A DNA stretch of 64,000 bases from Octopus sinensis (GCF_006345805.1 NC_043015.1:47678001-47742000), one strand, 5' to 3'; positions 22,125-34,975 are shown, numbered from the stretch's first letter. Translations and numbers: made by a program. The notes: generated by a model from the sequence alone, not told the origin.

Positions 22125-22790
22125 ACGTAGTAAGAGGCTTGCTCTCCAACCACGTAATTACGGGTTCAGTTCCACTGCGTGGCACATTGGACAAGTGTCT
22201 TCTACTACAGCCCCGGGCCGACCAAAAAAGCCTTGTGAATGGATTTGATAAGACTGAAACTGAAAGAAGCTCGTCATAGATGTGTTCCCGTTACTTAGCT
22301 ATTCGGCAATAGATATCGATAGAATAAATACCAGCCTTAAAAGAAATAAGTACTGGGGTAGATTTGTTCGACTAAACCCTTCTGCTACAGCCCCGGGCCG
22401 ACCAAAAAAGCCTTGTGAATGGATTTGATAAGACTGAAACTGAAAGAAGCTCGTCATAGATGTGTTCCCGTTACTTAGCTATTCGGCAATAGATATCGAT
22501 AGAATAAATACCAGCCTTAAAAGAAATAAGTACTGGGGTAGATTTGTTCGACTAAACCCTTCTGCTACAGCCCCGGGCCGACCAAAAGCCTTGTGAATGG
22601 ATTTGATAGACTGAAACTGAAAGAAGCTCGTCATAGATATGTTCTCGAAACTTAGCTATTCGGCAGTAGATATCGATAGAATAAATACCAGCCTTAAAAG
22701 AAATAAGTACTGGGGTAGATTTGTTCGACTAAACCCATTCAAGGCGGTGCTCCAGCATGACCGCATTCCAATTACTGAAAACAAGTAAAT
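22125..22790 (+). mobile_element. SINE family A with an internal 180-bp unit in triplicate
   Basis: Units start at 22201, 22381 and 22561. Units 1 and 2 are essentially identical; unit 3 has small indels. Confidence 0.9.
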
Positions 22791-23440
22791 AAAAAATATA
22801 AAAAAACATTGCAGTAAAATGGTTGATAAATCGATTTTAACTTGCAATTCAACCGGATGTTAAGATTCCCCGACAAAAACCGGCACGGAAGCAAAAACAA
22901 CGACATAGATGTAATATTTATAAAAGGTGATTTGGCGAAGGTAAAGACTACACACGCCACCCGTTTTCGGCGGTTAGGGTTTACCGTTGAGACGAAGGTA
23001 AAGAATACGCACACCACCCGTTTTCGGCGTAGACAAAATAACATTGCCTAATGTAATAGAATTATTGAAAGGTTACTTGAATTTCTGAATAGTTTACATT
23101 GTAAATAGTTTCAGTTGATATAGAATTAATGGTTATTCGTGATTTAATCATAGATTACAACTTTGAGGAAATACACAATTCGCCAGACCTTCTGTGTATT
23201 TCAGTTTCCGTTCTTTATTTTTCCAGTTTTTATCTTCAGATTTCATTTCTCGTAGAATTGCACTTTAAGATAGGAGATTGCTTTGTTAAAATCTTGTTAG
23301 GCATTTTACGGTATTTTTTTTTTACCAAAATTTACCCATCTGGTATACATTTATTGAGCTTTTTAAAGTTCGACTCTTTGCTTCCTGTGAGGTAATTATT
23401 TATGTTATGACTCTGCAGTAATTAATGGCAATAAAAAGAC

Positions 23441-23608
23441 GGCGTAACTTCGGTATAGGTACTGGAAGTACCGGATACATTACAAGAAAGTGTTATTTAT
23501 ATATATATATATATATATATATGGGGGTTAGGGGTGGGAGAAAAGGGTTTCTGTTATCTTCAGAAATGTATACAAAGTCACTTACGGTACGTATACCGAA
23601 GGATCACC
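23441..23608. mobile_element. Merlin-like MITE, second copy (inverted relative to 20348-20507)
   Basis: Same TIRs, with its own AAAAGAC flanking duplication. Confidence 0.7.
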
Positions 23609-24469
23609 AAAAGACCTTAAAATATTGGGTAAACGACTGAGAATTGAAGTATAAACGAAATATTGTTTACTTTGGGGGTTAAACAGTAGTTTCGTTTTAA
23701 AAACACGTGTTTTACGAGGAGAGAAAAAAAAATTTGGGTAATTGAAAAGTATTTAATTAAAATTGGTAACAACAACAAAGAAATAAGATGTAAATGATTG
23801 TAAGTCGGCAGAAATTATGAACTTCAGTGTCATTTCTGTAGTTAAACAATATTTTTTTCGTTTCAATATTACAAGTAAACCCTGTTGTTTTTATACACAC
23901 CCCTTGTCATCTAAAATTGTACCGTAAAAGGGCAGCCGAAACGAAAATCCCATTCTCTTTTAGCAGGAATTTCTTGATACCGCAGATGGGCTTCGGTGAA
24001 TGTATGGAATTCTTGTTACTCCTAACAAATCTGACACTTCCTACCAGTGAGGACACCATTTTAGTTCTTTCTTAAGATGATTGTGTTTATTAATGTTGAA
24101 TTAAGATAGATTCCATTCTTGTCAAAAGCAATATTTGATTTATACTTATGGCAAAATCTTTCCAAATGCTTTGTGTGTATTTTCACTGATAAAACAGTTA
24201 TTTTCCTATTTGAACAGAGGAGTCACAGTCATGGTGGGCATGAATGGAAGAGTTAGGAGTCGAAGATTTTATGTGCCTACGCCACAGCCCTGGAGTTGAA
24301 GGATGACATCTTCATGGGAATCCTACTGTCCAGACAAAACCTGTGGTTGACTCTAGAGGCTAACGGTGTTTACTGCAATTGAACATTAGAAGAAGATTTA
24401 GTTTGTCTTGGGTAATGGTTTCTTGCAATTCTCTATAGATGGTTATAGTATCTGACGAAACTAGAATTG

Positions 24470-24958
24470 TGAAGACCTGTTGACTCAAGTGAAATCGAAA
24501 TCAAATTCGAGGACCTTCATCCGTGCTAGTGGAGCGCTAAGTGTACCGTACAAGCGTGATCGTTGCCAGAGCAACAAACTAGCCTCCGTGCCGGTGGCAC
24601 GTAAAAAGCTCCATTCAAGCGTGATCGTTACCTGCATCGCCTTACTGGCACGTGAAAAAGCATTCGAGTGAAGTTGTTGTCAGTGCCGCTGTACTGGCTC
24701 CTGTGCAGGTGGCACATAAAAAGCACCATTTTGAGCGTGGCTGTTACCAGTACCACCTGACTGGCCCTTGTGCTGGTGGCACGTAAAAGGACCCACTACA
24801 CTCTCGGAGTGGTTGGAGTTAGGAAGGGTATCCAGCTGTAGAAACTCTGCCAGATCAGATTGGAGTCTGGTGCAGCCATCTGGTTCGCCAGACCTCAGTC
24901 AAACCGTCCAACCCATGCTAGCATGGAAAGCAGACATTAAACAATGATGATGATAATG
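24470..24958 (+). mobile_element. 5'-truncated RTE 3'UTR with tandem repeats and (GAT)n tail
   Basis: Same architecture as 11700-12268. Confidence 0.75.
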
Positions 24959-25728
24959 TCATGGGTTACAAATGTGATTTTATGAACACTTAACTCTTTA
25001 GCATTCAGATTACTCTGTCAAATGTAATGGTTATTTATTCAAATTCATTTGAATTAGTCTAGTATAGAGTTTCTTTCCTTTCTGGAAACTCGCTGCGTAC
25101 CTGCAGCTGATGGTTTGCAGACCACCACTTTGAGTAGCACTAGTGTAGATTCCTTTCTCTGTTCTTTTTTTTGTCTTGCAAATAACTTGGTGATCTTGTG
25201 GGTACCAGTGACGGGAATAAAACACTCAGTGCACTCTAATGTAGTGAAAGAAAAGGCATCCAGCCATAGGAAATGACGCCAAAGCTGACGTTGGAGCTCA
25301 GCACAGTCCTATGGCTTGCCAGCTCCTGTCAAACCGTCCAAACCATACCAGTCCGGAAAGCAGATGCTAAATAAATATGATATGGATGATAGATATGTGT
25401 GTGTGTGTGTATTTATATCTTGTCTTGACTTTGTGCTGATTGGGAACAAAGTCACCATTCTTACAGAAACAGTGTCATTTGTTTTAATCATCCATGGAAA
25501 CATATTTGGCTGTTGATCTGCTTATGCTTGTAAGCTTAGGGGAAATATTACCTTACTTAGAAACAGGTGAGGATTAGCAACAGGTAGTGTGTCTGGTCAT
25601 TGAAAATTTGTCCCAGTAAAGCTGGTCTGATTCATACAAAGGTGAAAACATAAGCATTAAAATAATGATAATTAATGTACGATAATGAATACCTCACAAA
25701 TAAAATGTATTGGTTTTTGATCTGCTGA

Positions 25729-26115
25729 GGCAGCGAGCTGGCAGAAATGTTAGCATGCCGGGCAAAAAGCGTAGCCGTATTTCGTCTGCTGTTACGTTCT
25801 GAGTTCAAATTCCGCCGAGGTCGACTTTGCCTTTCATCCTTTCGGGGTCAATTAAATATGTACCAGTTACGCACTGGGGTCGATGTAATCAACTTAATCC
25901 GTTTGTCTGTCCTTGTTTGTCCCTTCTATATTTAGCCCCTTGCCGGTAGTAAAGAAATAGGTATTTCGTCTGCCGCTACGTTCTGAGCTCAAATTCCGCC
26001 AATGTCGACTTTGCCTTTCATCCTTTCAGGGTCGATAAATTAAGTACCAGTTGCATACTGAGGTTGATCTAATCGACTGGCCCCCACCTTGTGCCCAGAG
26101 TAGAAAAGAATATTG
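25729..26115 (+). mobile_element. SINE family B dimer inserted as a single unit
   Basis: 12-bp TSD TTGATCTGCTGA (25717-25728 and 26116-26127) around head+core+tail1+core+tail2. Confidence 0.85.
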
Positions 26116-26925
26116 TTGATCTGCTGAAGACTAGCAGGCCGGAACTTCAAAGTCACAGCCAACACTATTCTTGTAAATGAATTATATATATCAGCAAAGA
26201 GACCGATAGAATAAGTCCATGGCTTTAGAAAATGAAAATAAGTCCTAGGGTCAATTTGTTTGACTAAAAACCATTCAAGGCAGTGCTCCAGATTGGCTGC
26301 TGTCAAATGACTGAAACAAATAAAAGAATATATATCTTGTTCCAATGTCTTTTTTATTTTGATATGGCTTCTGCAGCTGGTAGATCTTCGTAATATCAGT
26401 CACTTAACGGAGTGTACTGGGTTTTTTTTTTTAATTTCATTTTATTTGTTATCATTATTCTTTTGGAAAGAATCAGCATTTGGTGATGTTACTTGCAATT
26501 TGCAAATTAAAGAACTCCATCGACTGAGAAGTATAGAGGATAGAACAGTTGCTTTATGTGAGCTGGTGAGAGGTAAATGTATATATATATATATGGAGCA
26601 GGCACAGGTTGATTGCTGTGAAGGAAATTCATGGCTACCTTTACATGGCTGAGTAGAGGTGGCTGCAGAGGTGCTGTTGGGAAGTAAATATGGTGATGAG
26701 GTACCAGAATGTACCTCTGAATAACGTTCAAGGTGTATAGAAGAGTATGGAAGCAGGTGAACCAGGAAGAGTTGTTACTGATTGTGTTTCACCTTTCAAA
26801 TAATGTGAACAATAAACCAACTTAATCAGAAGAGGAATGACAGTTTATGTGTGTGTGCATACACGTATGTGTACATGTATGTATACATGCATGCGTATAT
26901 ATATATATATGGAAGTGTGCATATA

Positions 26926-27488
26926 CAGGGTGGCCCAAAAGTAGGTTTACAGTTATCATGTAAGCACTCGAAATTTCTTTTTAAACATTCTATTACATTT
27001 AAATTTCTATCTTACAATCATATTGTTTTGACACATCTTAAACAGACAATGTTTAATCTCCCAGATGCTCAAAGTGTCCTCCTTCAACACAGCAACATTC
27101 TTCAAACCTCTTCAGAACACTGACACACAGTGCGGCACAAATTCTGATCTCCATCAATTTCAGTGAATGTGTCGGATATGTAATCTTTTAATTCATTTAC
27201 TGTTTTGGGACTCTTATAAACCTTGTTCTTTACAACACCCCAAAAATAGAAATTCATTGGTGTCAGGTCAGGTGAACGTGGTGGCCATTTGATACTGCCC
27301 CGTCTTCCAAACCAACGCTCTGGAAAGGCTTTGTTGAGGTAGTCTCTTACTGTTAACGCATAATGTGGAGGTGCTCCATCTTGCTGAATAATGGTTTCAT
27401 ATTTTTTTATAATTGAGATCTAAACTGTTAATATATGAATGCAAAAGAGATGGTTGAATGACTGTAAACCTTCTTTTGGGTCACTCTG
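26926..27488 (-). mobile_element. Tc1/mariner DD41D (rosa-type) internal-deletion derivative
   Basis: TA-flanked TIRs CAGGGTGGCCCAAAAGTAGGTTTACAGT / ACTGTAAACCTTCTTTTGGGTCACTCTG. Minus strand encodes QQDGAPPHYALTVRDYLNKAFPERWFGRRGSIKWPPRSPDLTPMNFYFWG, with 41 residues between the second D and the third catalytic position. Confidence 0.8.
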
Positions 27489-28479
27489 TATATATATTTG
27501 TATGTCTGTGTGTATGGAAGGAGGGACATTAAATGGTAATATAGGGAAGTTGTGGAAGAGCCCCAGGAAAAAATAGGATGAAGTTTTGAAAGCCAACCTC
27601 AAAACGTTGAGCTTTACAAAGGAGGTGACAGTGGACTGCAATGTGTGGTGCACTGCTATACTCTAGGAGACCCTCCCACCATAACAGTTGAGATTGTAAA
27701 ACCAAGGTGTCATGTAAAAAGCATTGGTGTGGGTGCTGGTGCCACATGAACACCCGCAGTACATTGTGTAAAGTGGTTGGCATTAGGAAGGGCAACCAGT
27801 CATAGAAACTAAGCAAAAACAAACTATGGAACCTGGTGTGGGCCCTGCCTTTGCCAGTTCTTGTCAAGTTGTCCAACCCATGCCAGCATGGAAAACAAGC
27901 ATTAAATGTGGATGATGGTATATAATATATGCAGTTGTACATATGTATTTTAAAATAAATGATAGGCAGATAGTTGCACCAAAGCATTTATAAAATAGTT
28001 ATACAGAGGTGAGTATAAATATATTTAAGCAGAAAAATAGGACAATCAGGTAAGCAAAAGTTCATAGTTCTTTATAGATTGGTAGATATCCTGAAACTTC
28101 ATACTCTAATATCACAGATGAAAGAATGATGATATAATTTAAATTTGTGTTATTTCACATGGATTTGTTAACACCAACTTACTACATGTACATGTAACTG
28201 GTACTCCATAAGTTAGATAATCGGACACAGACAGTGTGTCGTTAGTCAGCTGGAGGAGATGTCTTCCTGGGGCTAAGAACGAATGTAACATCGTCCTCTA
28301 TGGGACCACCACATTAAGTTGGCGAATATATTTTACCATATATATAAAACAATATTCATAGCAACTTTAACATGACTGTCCATTTGAACGGACTCTACTG
28401 CGATTTTTTAAACCTAAGAGGACATTTCTAGCTAGTTAACGATGCACAGCTACGTCTGATAAATTGTGAGTAATTTTGG

Positions 28480-28488
28480 GTGTGTGTG

Positions 28489-28524
<36 letters not shown>

Positions 28525-29110
28525 GTATGTATATATATTATGTATGTATATATATATATATATATGTATGTATATATAGATATATGTTAATGAATAAATA
28601 AATAAAACATATGCATATATACATACATATGTACGTACCTACCTCTACATGTATATATACATGCATATATGGGTACAGGACACCAAAAAAACGTCGAACA
28701 CAATGAGAAATGAAAACATAAACACAAAACCAAGGAAATGGACATTTTTCTTAAACAACGAAAAAATAGAGTACAGGACATATGTATGTATATGTATATA
28801 TATATGTATGTGTATATATATATGCATGTATATATATATATGCATGTATATATATATGTATATATATATATGTATATTTATATATATGTATGTATATATA
28901 TATGTATGTATATATGTGTATATATATATATGTATGTATATATATATATTATGTATGTATATATACATGCATGTATATATATATGTATGTATATATATAT
29001 ATTATGTATGTATATATACATGCATGTATGTATATATATTATGTATATATATATAGATGTATATGCATATATATCTATGTATATATATATATGTTTGTAT
29101 GTGTGTGTGC
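28480..29110. repeat. Compound (TA)n/(TATG)n microsatellite tract
   Basis: Low-complexity TA/TG repeats; source of several spurious ORFs. Confidence 0.95.
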
Positions 29111-29539
29111 ATAGAGAGACAGTTTTTGTCTTCTATTGAAAGGTCTGTACATATATATATCATCGTGGAAGTTATCTCCCTTCTCACACTCTGCAACTTC
29201 TCAAACGGCGTGACATCAACAGTTTAAAATTGTCTGAAACTTTGGGATGGACTTTGCAACCTGAAGGAAACTCCTAGATTTTGTTTCGGTGCTAGCTGCT
29301 TTACCCTTTAACCATAGCATCGTAATATATTTATCAACCGACAATGAATTTGACACTTTTCGATGTATGGGTCTGCTCTTTATTTTGGACTTAGAAATCC
29401 AGGAACACTTGTATGTATGTACGCGCGTGCGTATATCTTTATCTTTTATTTTTTTCTTTGTCTCAGTCATTGGACTGCGGCCATGCTGGGGCATAACCGT
29501 AGTCGAATTAATCGGCCCTAGCAGTCATCTTTTTTTTTT

Positions 29540-31000
29540 TCAAAGCATGACACCTATATCGAACTCTCTTTTTCCGAGCCGTTAAGTTGCGAGGACGTAA
29601 ATAAACCGACACCGGTTATCAAGCGGTGGTGTAGCACAAGCACAAAGAGGAGAGAGACAAATACATACACGCGAGTATATAGGACGGGATTCTTTCAGTT
29701 TCCGTTTACCAAACCCCACGTGCAAGGCTTTGGTTGGCCCTGGGCAATAGCAGAAGATACTTGCTGAAGGTGCCACGCACTGGGATTGAACCTTCAGAAA
29801 CCTGTAGTTGTGAAGCAAACTTCTTATCACACAGCCACCGCTGTTCCTGCCGCGCAGTGACGCCATGTGTGTGTGTGTGTGTGCGTGCGTTTATAGATGC
29901 ATACAGGCGTAGCTGTGTAGTTAAGAGGTTTGCTTCCCAACTACGTTGTTTCGGGTTCAGTTCTACAGCTCGGCACCTTGGGTGCCTTCCACAATAATTC
30001 TGGGTTGGCCAAAGCTTGTGAGAGGATTTGACTAACGGAAACTGAAAGAAACCTGTTGTATAGGCGCAAGAGTGGCTGTGTGGTAAGTAGCTTGTTTACC
30101 AACCACATGGTTCCGGGTTCAGTCCCATTGCGTGGGACTTTGGGCAAGTGTCTTCTACTATAGCCTCGGGCCGACCAAAGCCTTGTGAGTGGATTTGGTA
30201 GACGGAAACTGAAAGAAACCCGTCGTATATATGTATATATATGTATGTGCGTGTATGTTTGTGTGTCTGTGTTTGTCCCCCTAGCATTGCTTGACAACCG
30301 ATGCTGGTCTGTTTATGTCCCCGTCACTTAGCGGTTCGGTAAAAGAGACCGATAGAATAAGTACTGGGCTTACAAAGAATAAGTTCCGGGGTCGAGTTGC
30401 TCGATTACAGGCGGTGCACCAGCATGGCCGCAGTCAAAATGACTGAAACAAGTAAAAGAGTATGTGTATGAGCGTTTTGTGTCCCCTTATCAAGACATTG
30501 GATGATTGTCGCAAATGAATGCCTTTCGTTTCCAATCTCCTACGAAAACATGTCTAGCCATAGGGAAATATCACCTTGTTTGAAAACAGGTAAGGGTTGG
30601 TGACAGGAAAGGTATCCGGATGTCGAAAATCTGGGCAAGTGTCTTCTACTATAGCCTCGGGCCGACCAAAGCCTTGTGAGTGGATTTGGTTGACGGAAAC
30701 TGAAAGAAGACCGTCGTATCATCATCATCATCATTTAACGTCCGTTTTCCATGCTAGCATGGGTTGATATGTATATGTTTATATATGTGTGTGTGTGTGT
30801 CTGTGTTTGTCCCCCCAACATTGCTTGACTACTGATGCTGGTGTGTTTACGTCCCCGTAACTTAGCGGTTCGGCAAAAGAGACCGATAGAATAAGTACTA
30901 GGCTTACAAAGAATAAGTCCTGGGGATCGATTTGCTCGACTAAAAGGCAGTGCTGCAGCACGGCCACAGTCAAATGACTGAAACAAGTAAAAGAGTAAAA
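29540..31000. mobile_element. Cluster of SINE family A copies and chimeric SINE/RTE-tail fragments
   Basis: Full family A copy at about 30062-30460, with partial copies on both strands around it. Confidence 0.8.
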
Positions 31001-31513
31001 TCCGATATAATTGTTATCTATACCATATGAAAGGTATTTGTAGAAAATTTCATTAAGAAATATCTATTTTTCTGAAAGTTATTATGAAACACAGTCGGCG
31101 GCGGTGGTGGCAGGGCTGGTGATGTTGTTGTTGTTGTTAGTGGTGGTGGTGGTGGAACACTTGTGTTTGAATGCCTGATATTTTACGACCAGGAAACACA
31201 TAAAGCTTGACATATACAGTCGTAAATTTGTGTATGTTAACTGGGTGGGGTGGAGGTGATGTTTGTTCTGTCCCTAGCAACGGTGTTATTGTTGATGTGG
31301 TTTCGTTGCTAAGAAATTTAGGCATCGAATGTAAACATCGAATGCGGCAGGCGAACAATATTGAAAAATAATGTCACCCGAGAAACCAATTATTTTTCAA
31401 ATAACATAATAGAAAACTATCGCGGACGACGTCTTTGCAGATTACGATATTTGGTCAGATAATGAGAAAGTAAAATGTAGTTTGTCGTAAACAGAGAAGA
31501 TAACACGTTTGAA

Positions 31514-31590
31514 ATGAATCCTTACATCTTACGGACATATGGCCTTGGGCCGAAACAGAACACGTGTAATTATCCATTGTGGGATTACAG
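31514..31590 (+). CDS. Proposed first coding exon of FAM124-family gene
   Basis: ATG with an upstream in-frame stop; MNPYILRTYGLGPKQNTCNYPLWDY(R); strong donor CAG|GTAGGT in phase 2, which is the phase the 46128 exon requires. No homology support for this peptide. Confidence 0.45.
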
Positions 31591-31641
31591 GTAGGTGCCA
31601 AGAAATAATTAGTTTGTAGGCAATATTTCGGTAGAAGTCTA

Positions 31642-31751
31642 TGACGTCATGAGTGCGTGTGTGCGTGCGTGACGTTGTCCTTCATATGCGCGATAGAGCT
31701 GAGCAGTTAAACACTCAGTCGAGCACACGCACTCACTCGTGGCTGACGTCA
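31642..31751. promoter_or_regulatory. Two full CRE palindromes (TGACGTCA) in a CpG-rich island
   Basis: TGACGTCA at 31642-31649 and 31744-31751, plus a half site TGACGT at 31670. Confidence 0.55.
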
Positions 31752-32309
31752 TATACTAATACCGAAACACTGCCAGTTTGTATAATCACGGCGAGGTCAA
31801 CGAAATGGTATGTTTAATTGCTAATTTATGAATTGAGCTTTTAATTAATGACAAACGAGCGAGTATAGCGGAGGATTGCGGCGTCAAAACGAGGGGAACA
31901 GATTGTTGCTACCAAATTCGCGGACGTTGAAGGTGATGGAAGCTGGGTTTGTGAAGTGAAAGAGATCGAAGGTTAAAAAAAAATTGAGTGAATTATACAA
32001 CAATAAGTGTGAAAGGAATTAAAGGGAACGGTCCCAAGATCTAATAGCCTTCCGTTCCAGGTTCGCCCCAATAATCGACTTGACATTGGTGCTAACCAAT
32101 ATTCTTTTAGTGGTGAACTTGAGTGGGAATTCTACAGTCTGTTCCGAGGAAAGGAGGCGGTAGGATGTTGACACATAAACGGAAACTCCATGGAATAGAT
32201 TCAAGTAAACTATCAGGAGTGGTGCCTTAGGGATTTAATTCGATTAAACTAAGAAAAGGGGGTTTTTTTGAGATTGTTTTAATTTCATTTTTAGATTATT
32301 TGTTATATA

Positions 32310-32876
32310 TTGGGTTGTCCGGAAAGTTCGTGCCGATTTATAGTAGCTTGCCTTTCGACTTATTTTAGAACATGGTTGAGTCCATAAAATAGGATTTGAC
32401 TACACCTCCATTTAGAGCACAGTTTAAGCTATCTTTTCGTGGAAGAAGATTTATGTTCCTATAACCTGTGTTAATTCTGCAATCCTTTAAAATGGAAGAT
32501 AAGAAAGTTCATTTTTGGCACTTGATGCTTTGGGAACCAGACAAAAATTGCTGCAGCTCGGCTGGGATGTGTTACCCTACCGTCCATATTCACCAGATAT
32601 TGCTCCTTCGGATTTCCACTTATTCAAGTCTCTGCAGAATAGTCTTAATGGTAAAAATTTCAATTCCTTGGATGACGTAAAAAGATACCTTGATGAATTG
32701 TTTGCCATGAAACCACCTCAATTCTGGGAAGAGGGTATTTTAAAGTTAAAGGAAAGATGGAGACGCATTGTGCAACAAAATGGTTCATATTTGGTTGATT
32801 AAAAATGTAATGGCAAGTATCTATTGACCCTTTTTCTTTCCTTTAAAAATCGGCACGAACTTTCCGGACAACCCAA
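32310..32876 (+). mobile_element. Mariner (DD34D) internal-deletion derivative, 567 bp
   Basis: TA-flanked TIRs TTGGGTTGTCCGGAAAGTTCGTGCCGATTT; N-terminal MEDKKVHF fused to RQKLLQLGWDVLPYRPYSPDIAPSDFHLF...RWRRIVQQNGSY. Confidence 0.92.
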
Positions 32877-32883
32877 TACATTA

Positions 32884-33472
32884 GGGTAGCGAGCTGACAG
32901 AAACGTTAGCACGCTGGGCGAAATGCGTAGCCGTATTTCGTCTGCCGTTACGTTCTGCGTTCAAATTCCGCCGAGATCGACTTTGCCTTTCATATTTTCG
33001 GGTTCGATAAATTAAGTACCAGTTACGCACTGGGATCGATGTAATCGATTTAATCCGCTTGTCTGTCCTTGTTTGTCCTCTCTGTGTTTAGCCCCTTGTG
33101 GGTAGTAAAGAAATAGGTATTTCGTCTGCCGTTACGCTCTGAGTTCAAATTCTGCCGAGGTCGACTTCACCTTTCATCCTTTTGGGGTCGATTGAATAAG
33201 TACCAGTTACGCACTGGGGTCGATATAATCGACTTAATCCGTTTGTCTGTCCTTGTTTGTCCTCTCTATGTTTAGCCCCTTATGGGTAGTAAAGAAATAA
33301 GTATTTCGTCTGTCTTTACGTTCTAAGATCAAATTCCACCGAGGTCGACTTTGCCTTTCATCCTTTCGGGGTCGATAAATTAAGTACCAGTTACGTACTG
33401 TTGACGATCTAATTGACTTGCCCCACCCCCTCCCCAAACATCGGGTCTTGTGCCTAGCGTAGAAAAGATTTA
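32884..33472 (+). mobile_element. SINE family B trimer
   Basis: One head, then three cores joined at AAAGAAATA(G/A)GTATTTCGTCTG; the last unit has the alternative tail. Confidence 0.85.
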
Positions 33473-33479
33473 TTATATA

Positions 33480-33777
33480 CAGTAATCCCTCGACTATCGC
33501 GGATGTTACGTTCCAAAACCCCCCGCGATCGGTCAAAATCCGCGAAATAGAAACATTGCTGTTTTACTCTTTTACTCTTTTACTTGTTTCAGTCATTTGA
33601 CTGCGGCCATGCTGGAGCACCGCCTTTAGTCGAGCAAATCGACCCCAGGACTTATTCCTTGTAAGCCTAGTACTTATTCTATCGGTCTCTTTTGCCGAAC
33701 CGCTACGTTACGGTGACGTAAACACACCAGCATCGGTTGTCAAGCGATGTTGGGGAGACAAGCACAGACACACAAAC

Positions 33778-33810
<33 letters not shown>

Positions 33811-34080
33811 CATATATACGACAGGCTTCTTTCAGTTTCCGTCTACCAAATCCACTCACAAGGCTTTGGTCAGCCCGAAGCTATAGTAGAAGACACTTGC
33901 CCAAGGTGCCACGCAATGAGACTGAACCCAGAACCATGTGGTTGGTAAGCAAGCTATTTTTTAAAAATAATTTGTATATATTTATTTTATGATAAATGCA
34001 AAGCAACACCACGGAGGAATTGACATAAGCTTAAATAATAAACCGCGATAGGTGAACCGCGGTATGGCGAGGGATTACTA
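33480..34080. mobile_element. Tigger/pogo-like MITE interrupted by a minus-strand SINE A (~33563-33957)
   Basis: TA|CAGTAATCCCTCGACTATCGCGG ... CCGCGGTATGGCGAGGGATTACT termini. Confidence 0.7.
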
Positions 34081-34338
34081 TAATACCTTCTTGCTAATGA
34101 AACCATACGCTAAGAGCGTCGATTTCTTTTCAATTGTTAAGCTTATAAATAATTATGGTTTCTTACATAGAGAAAATGTCTTAGTCTAGGGGCACAATAC
34201 AGACATTTTGTGTCGATTTGGTGACATACCTATCAGCCGACTTGTTACCTTATAGCTCTCAGAAAAGAGTCTTTTTAATGAAATTTTCTAAAAGTGCCTT
34301 TCAGATGAGATAGATTAATATTGTATCGAAGTTTGTTA

Positions 34339-34340
<2 letters not shown>

Positions 34341-34374
<34 letters not shown>

Positions 34375-34944
34375 GCCCTGATGCAGTACCAGGCAGTGGC
34401 TCTCATGGCTTCTGATCTTAACTGATTGGAAGTGTTATCATGTACATTGTTTTGTGTTTGTATAAAAGATGGGCTACAGCAAATATTCTGCTCAATACCA
34501 CAGATTTGCTTGTCAGTTGTTTGACCATAACCAGTTGACCATGTCCCTTAGTGGCTGACAATATGTGCATCTCTGATCACGAGCAGAAGTTGTGGGGGAG
34601 TATCATAGCCGTGTGTTGAGAGGGATTCTTGGAGGTTTGGATAATTCACCTTTGGAAACATGGGTGGTTTGTTCAACATCCTTAATCAATCCTTATTCAG
34701 GGACCTTTTGAGCGGGATGGGTTTCTCGACCAGAAGAAAATTCTAATTGGGCCCCACCTGCAAGGTCATGTGCTGTTTATCTTGATATGAGATCACCATG
34801 TCGCGCACATATGGTTGTGATGCATGTGCCTGTTGTACCCTTATCAGACGGGTAGTCATGATGGGTATACTGGGCTTCGTATATTTTACCCCAGTGTCAC
34901 TTTGAGTGCATGCACTGCTCTCTCACTCAATAATAATAATAATG

Positions 34945-34975
<31 letters not shown>

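Noticed and set aside
20348-23608. Inverted MITE pair flanking PSMA3 as a composite transposon that carried the gene
   Set aside because: Each MITE has its own flanking duplication (AAAATTAT; AAAAGAC), indicating independent insertions.
28587-29196. Multiple Y/I/M/C-rich ORFs (also 38014-39013, 47438-48057, 63025-63398)
   Set aside because: Microsatellite translation artefacts.
30062-30140. tRNA-like A/B boxes (many similar sites in the window)
   Set aside because: These are SINE heads with no complete cloverleaf or acceptor stem; no tRNA gene is called.
32165-32204. MLTHKRKLHGIDS as FAM124 first coding exon
   Set aside because: Ends in phase 1, which gives a stop when joined to the 46128 exon; no bridging exon found.
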